A stretch of 64,000 nucleotides of DNA from Mobula hypostoma. Taxonomy: Eukaryota. The notes below the pieces were generated by a model. It saw nothing but the letters and a program-made list of their open reading frames with translations. It ran no database searches and was not told the origin of the DNA. Numbering within the stretch: position 1 is the stretch's first letter; each line of letters opens with the position of its first letter. Location of the stretch: the NCBI RefSeq assembly GCF_963921235.1, contig NC_086118.1, positions 12,278,001 to 12,342,000 of the forward strand, read 5' to 3'. Position numbers and translations under genes: made by a program. Positions 12,632 through 25,034 of this stretch are shown here, piece after piece.

Positions 12632-15588
12632 TCAACATCTGCGCCAGTTGCATCGAGCTGCAGCTCCTTAGGGATTGGGTTAGGGACCTGGAGCTGCAGC
12701 TTGATGACCTTCGTCTAGTCAGGGAGAGTGAGGAGGTGATAGAGAGGAGCTATAGGCAAGTAGTCACACTGGGCTCTTGGGATACAGATAAGTGGGTGTC
12801 AGTCAGGAGAGGGAAGGGCAAGAGTCAGATACTAGAGGGTACCCCTGTGGCTGTCCCCTCTTAATAATAAGTACTCCTGTTTGAGTACTGTTGGGGAGGA
12901 TGATCTAACTGGAGGAAGCAACAGTGGCCGTGCCTCTGGCACAGAGTCTGGCCCTGTGGCTCAGAAGTGTAGGGAAAGGAAGGGGATGGCGCAGTGATAG
13001 GGGACTCTATAGTTAGGGGGTCAGACAAGTGATTCTGTGGACGCAGGAAAGAAACACGGAAGGTAGTTTGCCTCCCAGGTGCCAGGGTCCAGGATGTTTC
13101 TGATCGTATCCGCTATATCCTGATGTGGGAAGGAGAACAGCCGGAGGTCATGGTGCATATTGGTACCAATGACATAGGTAGGAAAAGGGAGGAGGTCCTG
13201 AATACAAACTCCAGGGAGTTAGGAAGGAAATTGAGAAGCAGGACCTGAAAGGTAGTAATCTCAGGATTACTGCCTGTGCCACAGGACAGTGAGTATAGGA
13301 ACAGAGTGAGGTGGAGGATAAATGCGTGGCTGACGGGTTGGAGCAGGGGGCAGGGATTCAGATTTCTGGATTATTGGAACCTCTTTTGGGGCAGGCAAAA
13401 AGGATGGGTTGCATTTGAATCCGAGGGGGACCAATATCCTGGCGGAAGGTTTGCTAAGGCTATTGGGGAGAGTTGCTGGGGGGCAGGAACCAAATTTAAG
13501 AGACGGAGGAAAGGGCGGTTGGCTTACAAATAGAGATAGCTTGTAGATAGTGTGACAGGGAGGTTAAGCAGGTGATAGAGAAGGGATGGGCTCAGACTGA
13601 TGGTTTGAGATGTGTCTATTTTAATGCGAGGAGTATTATAAACAAAGCGGATGAGCTTAGAGCGTGGATCAGCACTTGCAGCTATGCTGTTGTGGCCATT
13701 ACAGAGACTTGGATGGCTCAGGGGCAGGAATTGTTACTTGGGGTGCCAGGCTATAGATATTTCAGAAAGGATAGGGAGCGAGGCAAAAGAGGTGGGGGCA
13801 TGGCACTGCTTATCAGAGATAGTGTCACAGCTGCAGAAAAGGAGGAAGTCATGGAGGGATTGTCTACTGAGTCTCTATGGGTGGAAGTTAGGAACAGGAA
13901 GGGGTCAATAACTCTACTGGGTGTTTTTAATAGACCACCCAATAGAAACAGGGACATCAAGGATCAGAAAGGGATAAAGATTCAGGAAAGGAGTGATACT
14001 AACAGGGTTACCTTGGTAGGAGATTTTAATTTCCAAAATATTGATTGGCATCTCCCTAGATCAAGCGGTTTAGATGGGGTGGAATTTGTTAGATGTGTTC
14101 AAGAAGGTTTCTTGACACAATATGTATTTAAGCCTACAAGAGGAGAGGCTGTACTTGATCTTGTATTGGGAAATGAACCTGGTCAGGTGTCAGATCTCTC
14201 AGTGGGAGAGCATTTTAGAGATAGTGATCACAACTCTATCTCCTTTACCATAGCATCAGAGAGGGACAGGAACAGACAAGTTAGGAAAGTGTTTAATTGG
14301 AGTAAGGGGAAATATGAGGCTATTAGGCAGAAACTTGGAAGCATAATTTGGGAACAGATGTTCTCAGGAAAATGTATGACATAAATGTGGCAAATGTTCA
14401 GGGGATATTTGTGTGGAGTTCTGCACAGGTACGTTCCAATGAGACTGGAAAAGGAAGGAAGGGTGCAGGAACTGTGGTGTACAATGGCTGCTGAAAATTT
14501 ACTCAAAAAGAAAAGAAAAGCTTATGAAAGGTTCAAAAAACTAGGTAATGTTGATGGGTCATATTCTGCATGGAGGTTAGTGACCAGTGATGTGCCTCAG
14601 GTATCTGTTCTGGGATCCCTTCTTTTCGTGATTTTTATAAATGACCTGGATGTGGGATGGGTGAGTAAATTTGCTGATGACACAAAGGTTGGGGGTGTTG
14701 TGGATAGTGTGGAGGTCTGTCAGAGTTTACAGCTGGACATTGATAGGATGCAAAACTGGGCTGAGAAGTGGCAAATGGAGTTCAACTCAGATAAGCCTGA
14801 GGTGGTTCATTTTGGTAGGTCAAATATGATGGCAGAATATAGTATTATGGTAAGACTCTTGGCAGTGTGGAGGATCAGAAGGATCTTGGGGTCCGAGTCC
14901 AAAGGACACTCAAAGCTGCTGTGCAGACTGACTCTGTAGTTAAGAAAGCATACGGTGCCTTGGATTTCAGCGATTGTGGAATTGAGTTTAGGAGCCGCGA
15001 GGTAATGTTGCAGCTATATAGGACCTGAGTCAGACCTCATTTGGAGTGCTGTGTTCACTTCTGGTCGCCTCACTACGGGAAGGATGTGGAAACCATAGAA
15101 AGGATGTGGAGGAGATTTACAAGGATATTGCCTGGATTGGGGAGCATGCCTTACGAGGATAGGTTGAGTGAACTCGGCCTTTTCTCCTTGGAGAAACGGA
15201 GGATGAGAGGTGACCTGATAGAGGTGTATAAGATGACGAAAGGCATTGATCATGTGAATAGTCAGAGGCTTTTTCCCAGGGCTGAAGTGGCTAGCACGAG
15301 AGGGCACAGTTTTAAGGTGCTTGGAAGTAGGTACAGAGGAGATGTCAGGGGTATGTTTTTTACACAGGGAGTGGTGAGTATGTGGAATGAGCTGGTTCGA
15401 GGGTGGTGGAAGTGGATACGATAGGGTCTTTTACGAGACTCCTGGATAGGTACATGGAGCTTAGAAAAATAGAGGGCTATGGGTAACTCTAGGTAATTTC
15501 TAAAGTGAGTACATTTTCGGCTGGGATTGTGGGCCGAAGAACCTGTATTGTGCTCTAGCTTTTCTATGTTTTTTATGTTTCTATATTT
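12632..15588 (+). mobile_element. CR1 LINE with ORF1 (SGNH esterase-like) and internally deleted ORF2 (APE endonuclease + RT C-terminus)
   Basis: ORF1 motifs VIGDSIVRG, CLPGARVQD, HIGTNDIG (12995-13180). APE motifs YFNARS, AITETW, VGDFN, SDHN (13572-14384). RT motifs VPQVSVLG, KFADDTK. Tail (TTTCTATG)n. Multiple stops and frameshifts. Confidence 0.92.
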
Positions 15589-15659
15589 CTTCCAGCAAGT
15601 TTTGAGAACTTAGCTTTTTTATGGTTGGTGGTGAATACTGTTCGCTCAGTTTGAGGTGT

Positions 15660-15985
15660 TTGATGTTGCAATGTTCACCGACCTTGGCAATGAGCTCGCA
15701 GATGTTTCATAACTATTCGAAGTGAAATCCTCAGTGTGCAGTTTTTATGTTTCTGTCTGGGAGTGCGCGAGTTTATGCATCATGACATGATCCAATGTCA
15801 CTGATCTCAGTACACCAAGTCTGAGAAAAACACCACTTTAATTGGGATGCTGCGGAGGCTCTGGCACAGACAAACTTGAAGCAGGCATGAGAATTTTTAG
15901 AAGCATGGCTCTCTTCTGATAAGTCCGTAAAAAAACATATTGAAATAGATGCCATCTAAGAACCCCTAAGAGCCAAAGAAATGTG
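15660..15985. mobile_element. Second Penelope family fragment: GIY-YIG C-terminus (+) next to inverted pLTR with hammerhead (-)
   Basis: + strand reads HDPMSLISVHQV*EKHHFNWD...EFLEAW...KHIEIDAI; - strand at 15692-15740 reads CTGAGGA...GAAAC-ATC. Confidence 0.7.
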
Positions 15986-16867
15986 AGCCAACAGTGCTCA
16001 AAAGTCAACTGAAGGTGTAGCCAATCAGGACTGAGGTAAGTGAACAGAGGCCTTTATAAAAGTGAGCACAAATGTGCCAGTGGTCTGCCGCAAGCAAGTT
16101 TTTCGCAGTTTGCCTGTACCTCACCATACTTGTGCAGACAATTTGATTGATGTCACTCGAGCGTGGGTGTTGAATGAGGGATGTACCAAGAAATCATGCA
16201 TTTTGCTCTTATTTTTGTGATTTTAACCCAAGATGCTGGGTGGAATTGGTTGGAGCTCTGGTTTTACAGCCTATCTAATATCTTTGTATTTATTTCCATG
16301 GAAACAGAAATCAGTTGAATGTACGTATGCAGTTCCAATTGATCCAATGGGCTGCTGAGGCTCAAATTGCTGTTGTGTTTTCTGGATTTCATTAGAGAAC
16401 GGTTTGAATAAATCACTCAAGCATTCAATCCACTTCTGAATCACAGAGCATACAATTTTTTCCTTATCATATTCTTATTGTGGAAGCTTGCTGTGCAAAT
16501 TGGATGATACATTATTGACATTACAAATACGACTACATTTCAGAATTATTTCACATGCCCATGAAAGAGCTGTAAAATACAAGTCTTTCTTACCAGAAGT
16601 TTGCATCTGATAACTTTGACTCTGGTAGGAATATAAACCATGCAGTTTGTTTTGAAACAATTTCTACATACAATTCATATATGTTCAAGTGAGTGAATAG
16701 TAACTCATAACTGGGGTCTAGGGAAGATACAACTAACGAGTGCTTCCGACCTAATGACACTTTGCATTTTGTTAAATAGCCTTTTTTTTTGGATGCCAAT
16801 GAACCTTTTAGGATATCCTGTTTAAACACTTGTCATTCTTTTGCTTTTCTCTTGCTCTTTCTGGCAG

Positions 16868-16940
16868 ATAAGCCAAGCGGAGTTTGCTGCAGGTGGTCAG
16901 GAAGTACGAAAAATTCCAGTCCTGTGTCCATAAGTCACTG
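16868..16940 (+). other. Candidate 73-nt internal exon of an unidentified host gene
   Basis: Long polypyrimidine tract plus CAG acceptor (ttttctcttgctctttctggcag) and strong donor CTG|GTAAGC in non-repetitive DNA; one frame is open (KPSGVCCRWSGSTKNSSPVSISH). Confidence 0.5.
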
Positions 16941-19004
16941 GTAAGCAATAAAGTTGCCCTTGCAGAGCAGAGAGGATATAGGATTTACCTCAGGGTGGGA
17001 GAGACACATGCTTTAGGTACTGGAACGTATTTGAAAATTTCTAAATTATAGCAGCTATTGCTTGGAGAAGACAATTACAACAGATAAAAACTGAGAGGAT
17101 TTTCACATGGGCTGAGGTGGTCCCCAGAGTCCAGTCATTCTGCTATCTATCATTAGCATCCTTAGAATTGGATAAAATATTGTATGTCTATTAACTTTTC
17201 CTCTGGTACCTACAGTCAGTAAACTAAAATGAAATAGATTTTTCAATTAAGATTTTTTATTAGTTCACTTAATTAGAAAATATATTCATTTGTGGGCACA
17301 AGACTGCAGACAACAGTTTACGTGACAAAACTTCTGAATAATAGTCTAATTTCAACAGAATGAGAACATTTATGTACTGGGATTAACCTAATTCAGTCCT
17401 GTATCCTCAATTTCCATTCTGCTCATTACAGTGTTCAACCATTTAAAAGTAAACTTAACATTGATCATCAGAAAGTTGATCAGCAGTGGCAGCATATTAA
17501 TGTTCTGGCCTAGTTGAATTTCTGGTCGAGGATGATCCCCTGAGATTTTGATGGACAGTGATTCTTGAATAATAAGGATGGGTGGTTGAGCTCTCTTGGT
17601 ATTGGACATGGCATTGCCTAGTGCTTCAGTGGTTCTCCTCTCTGGAGGTAGCAATGAGAAGTGTACATAACCTGGATCCTTAATGAAAGATGCCGCCTTC
17701 TTTAAGGGTTTGCCTCCAATGAACATTGCAGACCGATACATTCAGAAGGGCTAGGAAGACAAAATCTTGGTAAGGCTCTTGCAAAAGATTTGTGAAGAAA
17801 GATTAGATTTCAGGGCTCTCCCGTCACTAGACACTGAGGAGCTGGAAGCTCTGTGAAAACATCTCTGGTTTATCACTCAACTAGCACACCTGGAGGTAGA
17901 GTTGATGTCATCCTGATGTAGTGTATATTTTGTACTTAATATCTAAAGTTGTGAATAGTGACATATAAATGTATATTATGAATAAAGTACAGTATATTTT
18001 AAAAGAAAAATTGTGTCTTAACTACAGGGCCCACATTGTGTGGCTTAATAAATATTAATAAAACTTGATGGATCTTTCAGGGCACAAAATAACCCTATTT
18101 CACTGAATAGCCTCCAACTAAGCTTTTGCAATGTGGTTCTATGAATCATTAGGATATTAAAATCTTTAGGATTTTCTTAAATAGCTGGGGTATTTGGCAT
18201 TTCTAATATGTAATCTGCTGGCTATTGAGTAATGAGGTGCTCTACTGAGTCACTTAGATGAACAATGAACAGTTGTAAAGGTGAGAAATAGGGTCATTAA
18301 CTTTCTGCTTAAACGGTTTAAATCTGCATTGTGTATACAGTGTGCAACTGTGCACATAAATAACGCAATGCAGACCTGGGGGAGGGGCAGGGAAAGGAAT
18401 TCTCCTGTGTTGAGTTTTGTGGGGACAGCAGTGCTAAAGGTATCAGCGTATGGATGGAACAAGGAATATTGAGGGGTAGGAGTGGAATACTTATCTTCTA
18501 TAATCTGAGATACAGTGGCTGATCTGTGGCTTTACCCCATCATTCTCTGAAACCCTTTTCTTTGGTGATCAAAGGTAACTTTCAGATTCAAATTTGATTT
18601 TAATAGCCCTGGAAGAGATAGGCATGCTTTGCTTGTTTGCAAACTTTACTCTTGAAGAAGATGGCTCTAAGGTTAACAATATGCTAACAGGCCATTGACT
18701 TTCAACAAGTGGAGAGGGAAATTGCAATTGTATCCTCGGTATTGTAAGACATACAGTCAAATCATCCCATAATTATCCAAATTCCAGGGAATTGAGACTG
18801 AGGAGGCTGCAGATGCTAGAATCTGGAGCAACACACATGATACAGGAGGAACTCAATGGATCCAGGAACATCTGTGGTGGCAAATGGTGGAACAGTTGAC
18901 GTTTCAAATAGAACTCTAGTTTGTTTAATCACTATATAAATACTATATATTTCTTACGGTCCAGTATAACTTTGGCAAATCTATGTAGCAATATCTTTAA
19001 GGCT

Positions 19005-20000
19005 AACGTATCTGGTTGCCCCCCCACCCCTCCATTACAGAAAGGAGGTGAAGGCTTTCGTGAAGGTACAGAAGAGGTTTAGAAGGATGCTAGCCTGGAT
19101 AAGAGGGCATGTATTATATGAGAGGTTGGACAAACTGGGTTGTTTTTTCTGGGATGGTGAAGGCTGAGAGGAGACTTGATAGACGTTTATAAGATTATCA
19201 GACGTAGCTAAAGTAGAGAGCAGGTATTATTTTCCAAGGGTCAAAATTCTAATACTAGAGTGCATGTATTTAAAATGAGAGGGGTAACATTTAAAGGAGA
19301 CTTGGAATATTGTGTTTATTTCTGGTCACCCCATTACAGGAAGAATGCTGTCCTGATGAAGGGTCTCGGCCTGCAACATCGACTGTACCTCTTCCTAGAG
19401 ATGTTGCCTGGCCTGCTGGTTCACCAGCAACTTTGATGTGTGTTACAGGAAGGATGTGGAAGGTTTCGAGAGAGTGCAAAGGAGAGTTATCAGGATGGTA
19501 CCTGGATTAGAAAGCATGTCTTATGAGGAATGGTTGAATGAGCCGGACTTTTCTCTTTGGATGAAAGGTGACTTAACAGAGGTGTATAAGGTGATGGGGC
19601 ATAGGTAGAGTGGACAGCCAATGCCTTTTTCCCAGGGCAGAAGTGCTAATATAAGGAAGTATAATTTTAAAGTGATTGGAGGAAAGAATAAGGGGTGGAT
19701 ATCAGAGGTAGTATTTTTTTACACAGAGAATGGTGGATGCAAGGATGCCAGAGAGATTAGAGACATTTAAGATACACTTATATGTGGATGAAAGAAAAAT
19801 GGAAGGCTATGCGAGGAAGAAGTGCTGGATTAATCTTGGAGAAGGTTAAAAAGTTGGGCCAGGCCAAAGTGTCTGTATGCCCCCATATCTGGTTACCCCC
19901 ATTACAGAAAGGAGGTGGAGGCTTTATTGGAGGTGCAGAAGAGGTTTAGAAAGATGCTACCTTTACAGTGCTGTACTATTCTATGTTTTATGTTCTCTGA
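19005..20000 (+). mobile_element. Two adjacent CR1 3' fragments with a local duplication and a nested Penelope mini-insert
   Basis: CR1 C-terminal remnants; an ~80-bp segment at 19008-19092 recurs at 19885-19960. Confidence 0.7.
19348..19442 (+). mobile_element. 95-bp Penelope pLTR insertion with 14-bp TSD; hammerhead core mutated (GAAA>GCAA)
   Basis: TSD TTACAGGAAG(A/G)ATG at 19334-19347 and 19443-19456. Confidence 0.8.
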
Positions 20001-20309
20001 GATGTTCAGGGAAAACATTTTGCACATTGAGTGATGCGTGCCTGGAATAAACTGTCAAGGGAGGCAGAAGAGGCAGATATGATAAAAAGGTTTAAGAAGA
20101 CAGGCCATGATTGTGCAGACAGAAGGGATTAGCTAATTAGATATCTAATTACTAGTTTACTTAGTTTGGCACAATGTCATAGGCCAAAGACGTGTTCCTG
20201 TGTTGTTCTATGCCCTGCATCAATCCCAGTGTGTAATGCCCAGAAATACGACATGAAATCATTTTGTAACTGAATTTCTGCCCTCATATCCAATTGACTT
20301 TAGCCAATA

Positions 20310-20725
20310 TCTTACTTACTGTCCATTATGCCACTAGTGTTTAGGGAGAAATGAAGGTCCTCCATTTCTGCAATATTCAAAGATCCCTTGATCACGTCAG
20401 TAGCTACCTCCTGGTTTTCACTACTGTCAGTCATGCAAGTCCCGGGTAGGAACCCAGGAATCCCGTCACACTCAGATGTAGAAGGATTCTTTATTGCTAT
20501 TTCTGTAACAATTTTGTTTTACCAGTCAGGATTGTTAGCCATGAGCTGAACCCCCCAACCTGGAGGACCGGTGGACCACTCTTAGTCTGGCCTCTACCCT
20601 TTGACCTGTTTGGCATGGGCGAACCTACCAACAGCCAAAGCCTAAAGCCCTGACTCCAGCCAGCATCGCTCTTCGAGTCATTGAGGCCTCCAAACCCAAC
20701 AATAAGGTTGTGGTTCTCTTGGAGG
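20310..20725 (-). mobile_element. RTE-derived non-autonomous retroposon
   Basis: Second copy of the 9475-9795 family. Confidence 0.55.
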
Positions 20726-21514
20726 TTAGCAAATAAAATTGGAAACATTTTTCAGGTCAAACAGCATTTGAGGAAGGAGAAAAAGAGTTAATATTGCTGG
20801 TCAGAGTCCCTTTATCAATAATCTCATGAACTGTCTGACCCGAAACTTTAACTCTTTTTCTCTCTCCATGAATGCTGCCTGACCTGCTAAGTGTTGTCAG
20901 AATTTTCTTTTATTTCAGGTTTCCAGCATCTGCAGCTTTGTTTTAGATTACTCTATAAGCTAAAATACGTACAAATGGGCTTTATTTAAATTAAATACTT
21001 AAGTAAGTCAGACTGGAGCTGAATATAATATTCTATTATAATCTCATTTCTCTGGAGAATTCTCCCTTAATGTGTTTCCCTAAGTTTACCCAGTATCATT
21101 GCACAAGCAAGGTGTAGAAAAATCTGAAATCAAAACAGAAAATGTTAGAAATGCTTACGAGATAAAGCGCCATCTGTGGAGAGAGATTTTAGGTTGAAGG
21201 CCCTTCTTCAAAGTGATCTTTCTGCAGCAACACACACAAATTTGCTGAGGAACTCAACAGGTCAGACAGCATCTATGGAAAAGAGTAAACAGTCGACATT
21301 TTGGGCCAAGACCCTTCTTCAGGACTGAGAAGGAAGGGGGAAGATACCAGAATAAAAAAGGATGGGGGGGGCGGAAGGGGAAAGAGGCCACCTGAAAGAT
21401 GATAGGTGAAGCCAAGTGGGTGGGAAAGGCCGAGGGTTGAAGGAGGAATCTGATAGGAGAGAAGAATGGACTATAGGAGAAAGGGAAGGAGCAGGGGACC
21501 TGAGAGAAAATAAT

Positions 21515-22000
21515 AGGCAGGTCAGGACTGTAATGGAATACTCATCACTTGCCTGGATGAGTGCATCTCCATCAACACCCAAGAAGCTTGACACCATCCA
21601 GTACAATGAAGACCACTTGATTGATACCCCTTCCACCAGCATCTGATCCCTCCATCATCGATGAACAGTGTGTACTATCTACAAGATGCATGGCAACAAC
21701 ACACCAGAGTTCCTAAGGCAGCACCTTCCAGGCCCACGACCACTACCATCTAGAAGGACGAGAACACCTGGGATCACCACCACTTGGAAATCCCCCTCCA
21801 CGTCACTCATCATCCTGACTTGGAAACATATCGCCATTCCTTCATGGTCGCTGGGTCAAAATCATGGAATTCCCTCCCTAACAACACTGTACGTGAACCT
21901 ACACCTCAGGGCCTGCAGCAGTTCAAGAAGGCAGCCCATCACCACCTTCTAAAGGGCGACTAGGGATGGGCCATAAATGCTGGCTTAACTGTCAATGAAT
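21515..22000 (+). mobile_element. LINE 3' fragment (CR1/L2 group, distinct family)
   Basis: Translates QVRTVMEYSSLAWMSASPSTPKKLDTIQ; same family on the - strand at 40385-40725. Confidence 0.7.
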
Positions 22001-22189
22001 TTCAAAAAGGTGGGAAGCAGTGAAAGGTCAGAGTGGGGAATAGAGGAAGTTGGGGGGGGGTGGAACTGGTTCACTGGAAGGAGACATTGATATTCAGGCC
22101 ATCAAGTTGGAGGGTACCTAGATGGAATATCTTTAGAGTTAGTGGTGGAGAGGAAGTCACTAAACAAACTGTTATCCATTATAGACAAT

Positions 22190-22520
22190 CTGGCGCATCC
22201 TCTCCATGAACGAGGGGTCACAGTTTGAGGATAGAGGGGAAGCCTTTTAGGACCGAGATTAGGAAAAACTTCTTCACACAGAGAGTGGTGAATCTGTGGA
22301 ATTCTCTGCCACAGCAAACTGTTGAGGCCAGTTCATTGGCTATGTTTAAGAGGGAGTTAGGTATGGCCCTTGTGGCTACAGGGGTCAGGGGGTATAGAGG
22401 GAAGGCTGGGGCGGGGTTCTGAGTTGGATGATCAGCCATGATCATAATAAATGGCGGTGCAGGCTCGAAGGGCCGAATGGCCTACTCCTGCACCTATTTT
22501 CTATGTTTCTATGTTTCTAT
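22190..22520 (+). mobile_element. Young CR1 3' end
   Basis: RGHSLRIEGKPFRTEIRKNFFTQRVVNLWNSLP followed by a (TTTCTATG)n tail. Confidence 0.9.
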
Positions 22521-23249
22521 GACCTACTGAAGAAGTGACAGAGCACCCTTTCAAACACATTCATTCAGCACCACTGTCACAAGGATCGTTACAGAAAATC
22601 TTTCCTACCAAATGCAATAAGCATATACAACAGTTCATCTCTGTGCAACTGGAGAACACACATTATAGTGTAATAGTCTGTAATTTATTACTTCATACAT
22701 TATTATTGCACATTATAGCAAATTATTGCACATTGGTAAATTATTATCATGTATATCATTATTCTGTACTTTAGTATTAGTTAAGTCTGCACACTTCTAA
22801 GTGTTTTTTTTAATATTGCTGCTGTAACGAAAGAATTTCCAACTTGGGATGAGTAAGGTATTTATTATTGTTATTATTATTATTATTATTATGAGGTGTT
22901 GCTCCTCATAATAACGAGGTGGTCTCATCTTGGCACAAGAGGAGGTCATGGGTTGACATGTCGGAACGGGATTGGGAATCAGATTTAAAATGCTTAGCTA
23001 CTGCGAAGTCCCACTTGTCGTGGATGGTGTAGAGGCACTCGTAAGTTTGTTTTCCGCAATTTGTTTTACAGTACGTTGCTCTCCCAAATTCTCTTCAAAC
23101 TGTTTAATATGATGGTGGGGACATTGAACATAATGAATATTGTCCTCAAGGTGAAGACCGTTGAGTACATTTACAAGGAACGCTGCCACAAGAAAGCAAC
23201 ATTTATCATCAAAGACATCCACTGTCCAGGCCATACTCTCTGTTTACTA

Positions 23250-23855
23250 CACACACAAAATGTTGGAGGAACTCAGCAGCAAGGCAGCACCTATGGAAAA
23301 AAAAACACAGTCGATGTTCCAAGCTGAAACCCTTCGGCAAGACTGGAGAAAAAATGCTGAGGAGTAGATTTGAAAGGTGGGGAGAGGAGAGAGAGACAGC
23401 AGGTGATAGGTGAAACTTGGAGGGGGAGGGGTGAAGCAAAGAGCTGGGAAGTTGATTGGTGAAAGAGACAGAAGGCCATGGAACAAAGAAAAAAGGGGAG
23501 GGAAGGAGCACCAGAGGGAGGTGATGAGTGCGCGAGGAGATAACATGAGAGAGGGAAAAGAGGTTAGGAAATGATGAAGTGTTGGTGGGGGGAGGCATTA
23601 AATTGATGTTCATGCCATCAGGTTGGAGACAACCCAAGCAGAATATAAGGTGCTGTTCCTTCAATCTACGTGTGGCCTTATCCCGGCAGTGGAGGAGGCC
23701 ATGGATGGACATATCGGAATGGGAATGGGAAGTGGAATTAAAATAGGTGGCCACTTGGAGATCCTGTTTTTTCTGGCGGATGGGGCATAGATGCTCAGTG
23801 AAGTCGTCTCCCAATCTACGTCGAGTCTCACCAATGTACAGGAGGCCGCACTCTC
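23250..23855 (-). mobile_element. Penelope fragment: GIY-YIG endonuclease C-terminal half + pLTR, inserted in a Rex1-like fragment
   Basis: ORF 23209-23865 reads CGLLYIGETRRRLGDDFTEHL...LQPDGMNI; flanking ACTCTCTGTTTAC duplicated near 23235 and 23850. Confidence 0.85.
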
Positions 23856-24074
23856 TGTTTACCACACCACAGGAGCCTTAGGTCCCACACTACCAGGATC
23901 AGGAACAGGCTGCTGAACCAGAATGGAGAACTTCACTCACCATTACTCTGTACTGATTCTATAACCTAAAGATTTACTTTCAAAGTCTCCTTCCAATTCA
24001 TGTTCTCAGTATTTTTTTCCATTTGCACAGTTGATTTTATTTTGGTAGTTTTCAGTCTTTGTCTATTTGTATAG

Positions 24075-24815
24075 AGTTGAGAGGTAGTAACTGTTCTTGA
24101 ACCTGGTGGTGTGAATCCTTTTCCTGATGGCAGCAGTGAGAAGAGAACATGTCCTGGGTGGTGGGGATCCCTGATGATGGATGCTGCTTTGCTGTGACAG
24201 CGTTTCATGTAAATGTGCTCAAATGTTGGATTGGTTTTACCCATGATGAACTGGGCCTTATCTATTACTTCTTGTAGGATATTCTATTTAAGGGCTTTGG
24301 CGTTTCTATGCCATCGGTGATGCAGCCAGTCAATATACTTTCCACGACACATCTATAGAAGTTTATCAATGTTTTAGATGTCATGCAGAATCTTCACAAA
24401 CTCCTAAGGAAGTAGAGGAGCTGTTGTGCTTTCCTTGTAACTGCACTTACATACCAGGCTGGAATAGGTCCTCTGAAACAATAACGCCAAGGATCATAAA
24501 GATGCTAACCCTCTGGACCTTTCACCTTCCAGTGAGCTCTGGTTTCTGTTTCCTGAAGTCTACAGTCACTCCTTGGTTGTTGTAAGAGGTTGTTGTTACA
24601 ACACCGCTCAGCCAGATCTTCAATATCTCTTCTATATTCTGATTCATCACCACCTTTCATTCATCCTATCTCATCAGCAAACTTGAATATGGGATTGGAG
24701 CTGTGCTTAGCCTCACAGTTATAAGTGAAAAGCAGGTAGAGCAGGTGACTAAGCACACAGCTCCGTGGTGCACCTGTGCTGATGGAGATTGTGGAGGAGA
24801 AGTTTCTGAAAGGCA
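24075..24815 (-). mobile_element. Rex1/Babar-like LINE fragment
   Basis: KAASIIRDPHHPGHVLFSLLPSGK (ORF 23966-24244). Confidence 0.75.
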
Positions 24816-24900
24816 ATAAATTTCAGATCGAACATAGAATATAAAAGAGTACCAAAGAAACATTCTCCTCACATCCACTCTATCAAGGCCTTTCAACATT

Positions 24901-24937
24901 AGTCCTGACGAAGGGTCTCGGCCTGAAACGTCGACTG
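24901..24937 (+). ncRNA. Minimal type I hammerhead ribozyme motif (intact core)
   Basis: AGTC-CTGACGA-AGGGTCTCGGCCT-GAAAC-GTC-GACTG: stem I AGTC/GACT, palindromic ACGT stem III, GUC cleavage triplet. Confidence 0.78.
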
Positions 24938-25034
24938 CGCCTCTTCCTATAGATGCTGCCTGGCCTGCTGCGTTCACCAGCAACTTTGATGTATGTTGCT
25001 TGAATTTCCAGCATCTGCAGAATTCCTGTTGTTT
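24901..25034 (+). mobile_element. 134-bp Penelope pLTR insertion with perfect 13-bp TSD, inside a CR1 fragment
   Basis: TSD GCCTTTCAACATT at 24888-24900 and 25035-25047. Confidence 0.88.

Larger units (their letters stand above)
21225..23030 (-). mobile_element. Penelope fragment interrupted by nested LINE pieces
   Basis: pLTR at 21225-21515 continues at 22005-22130 and 22890-23030. Confidence 0.65.
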
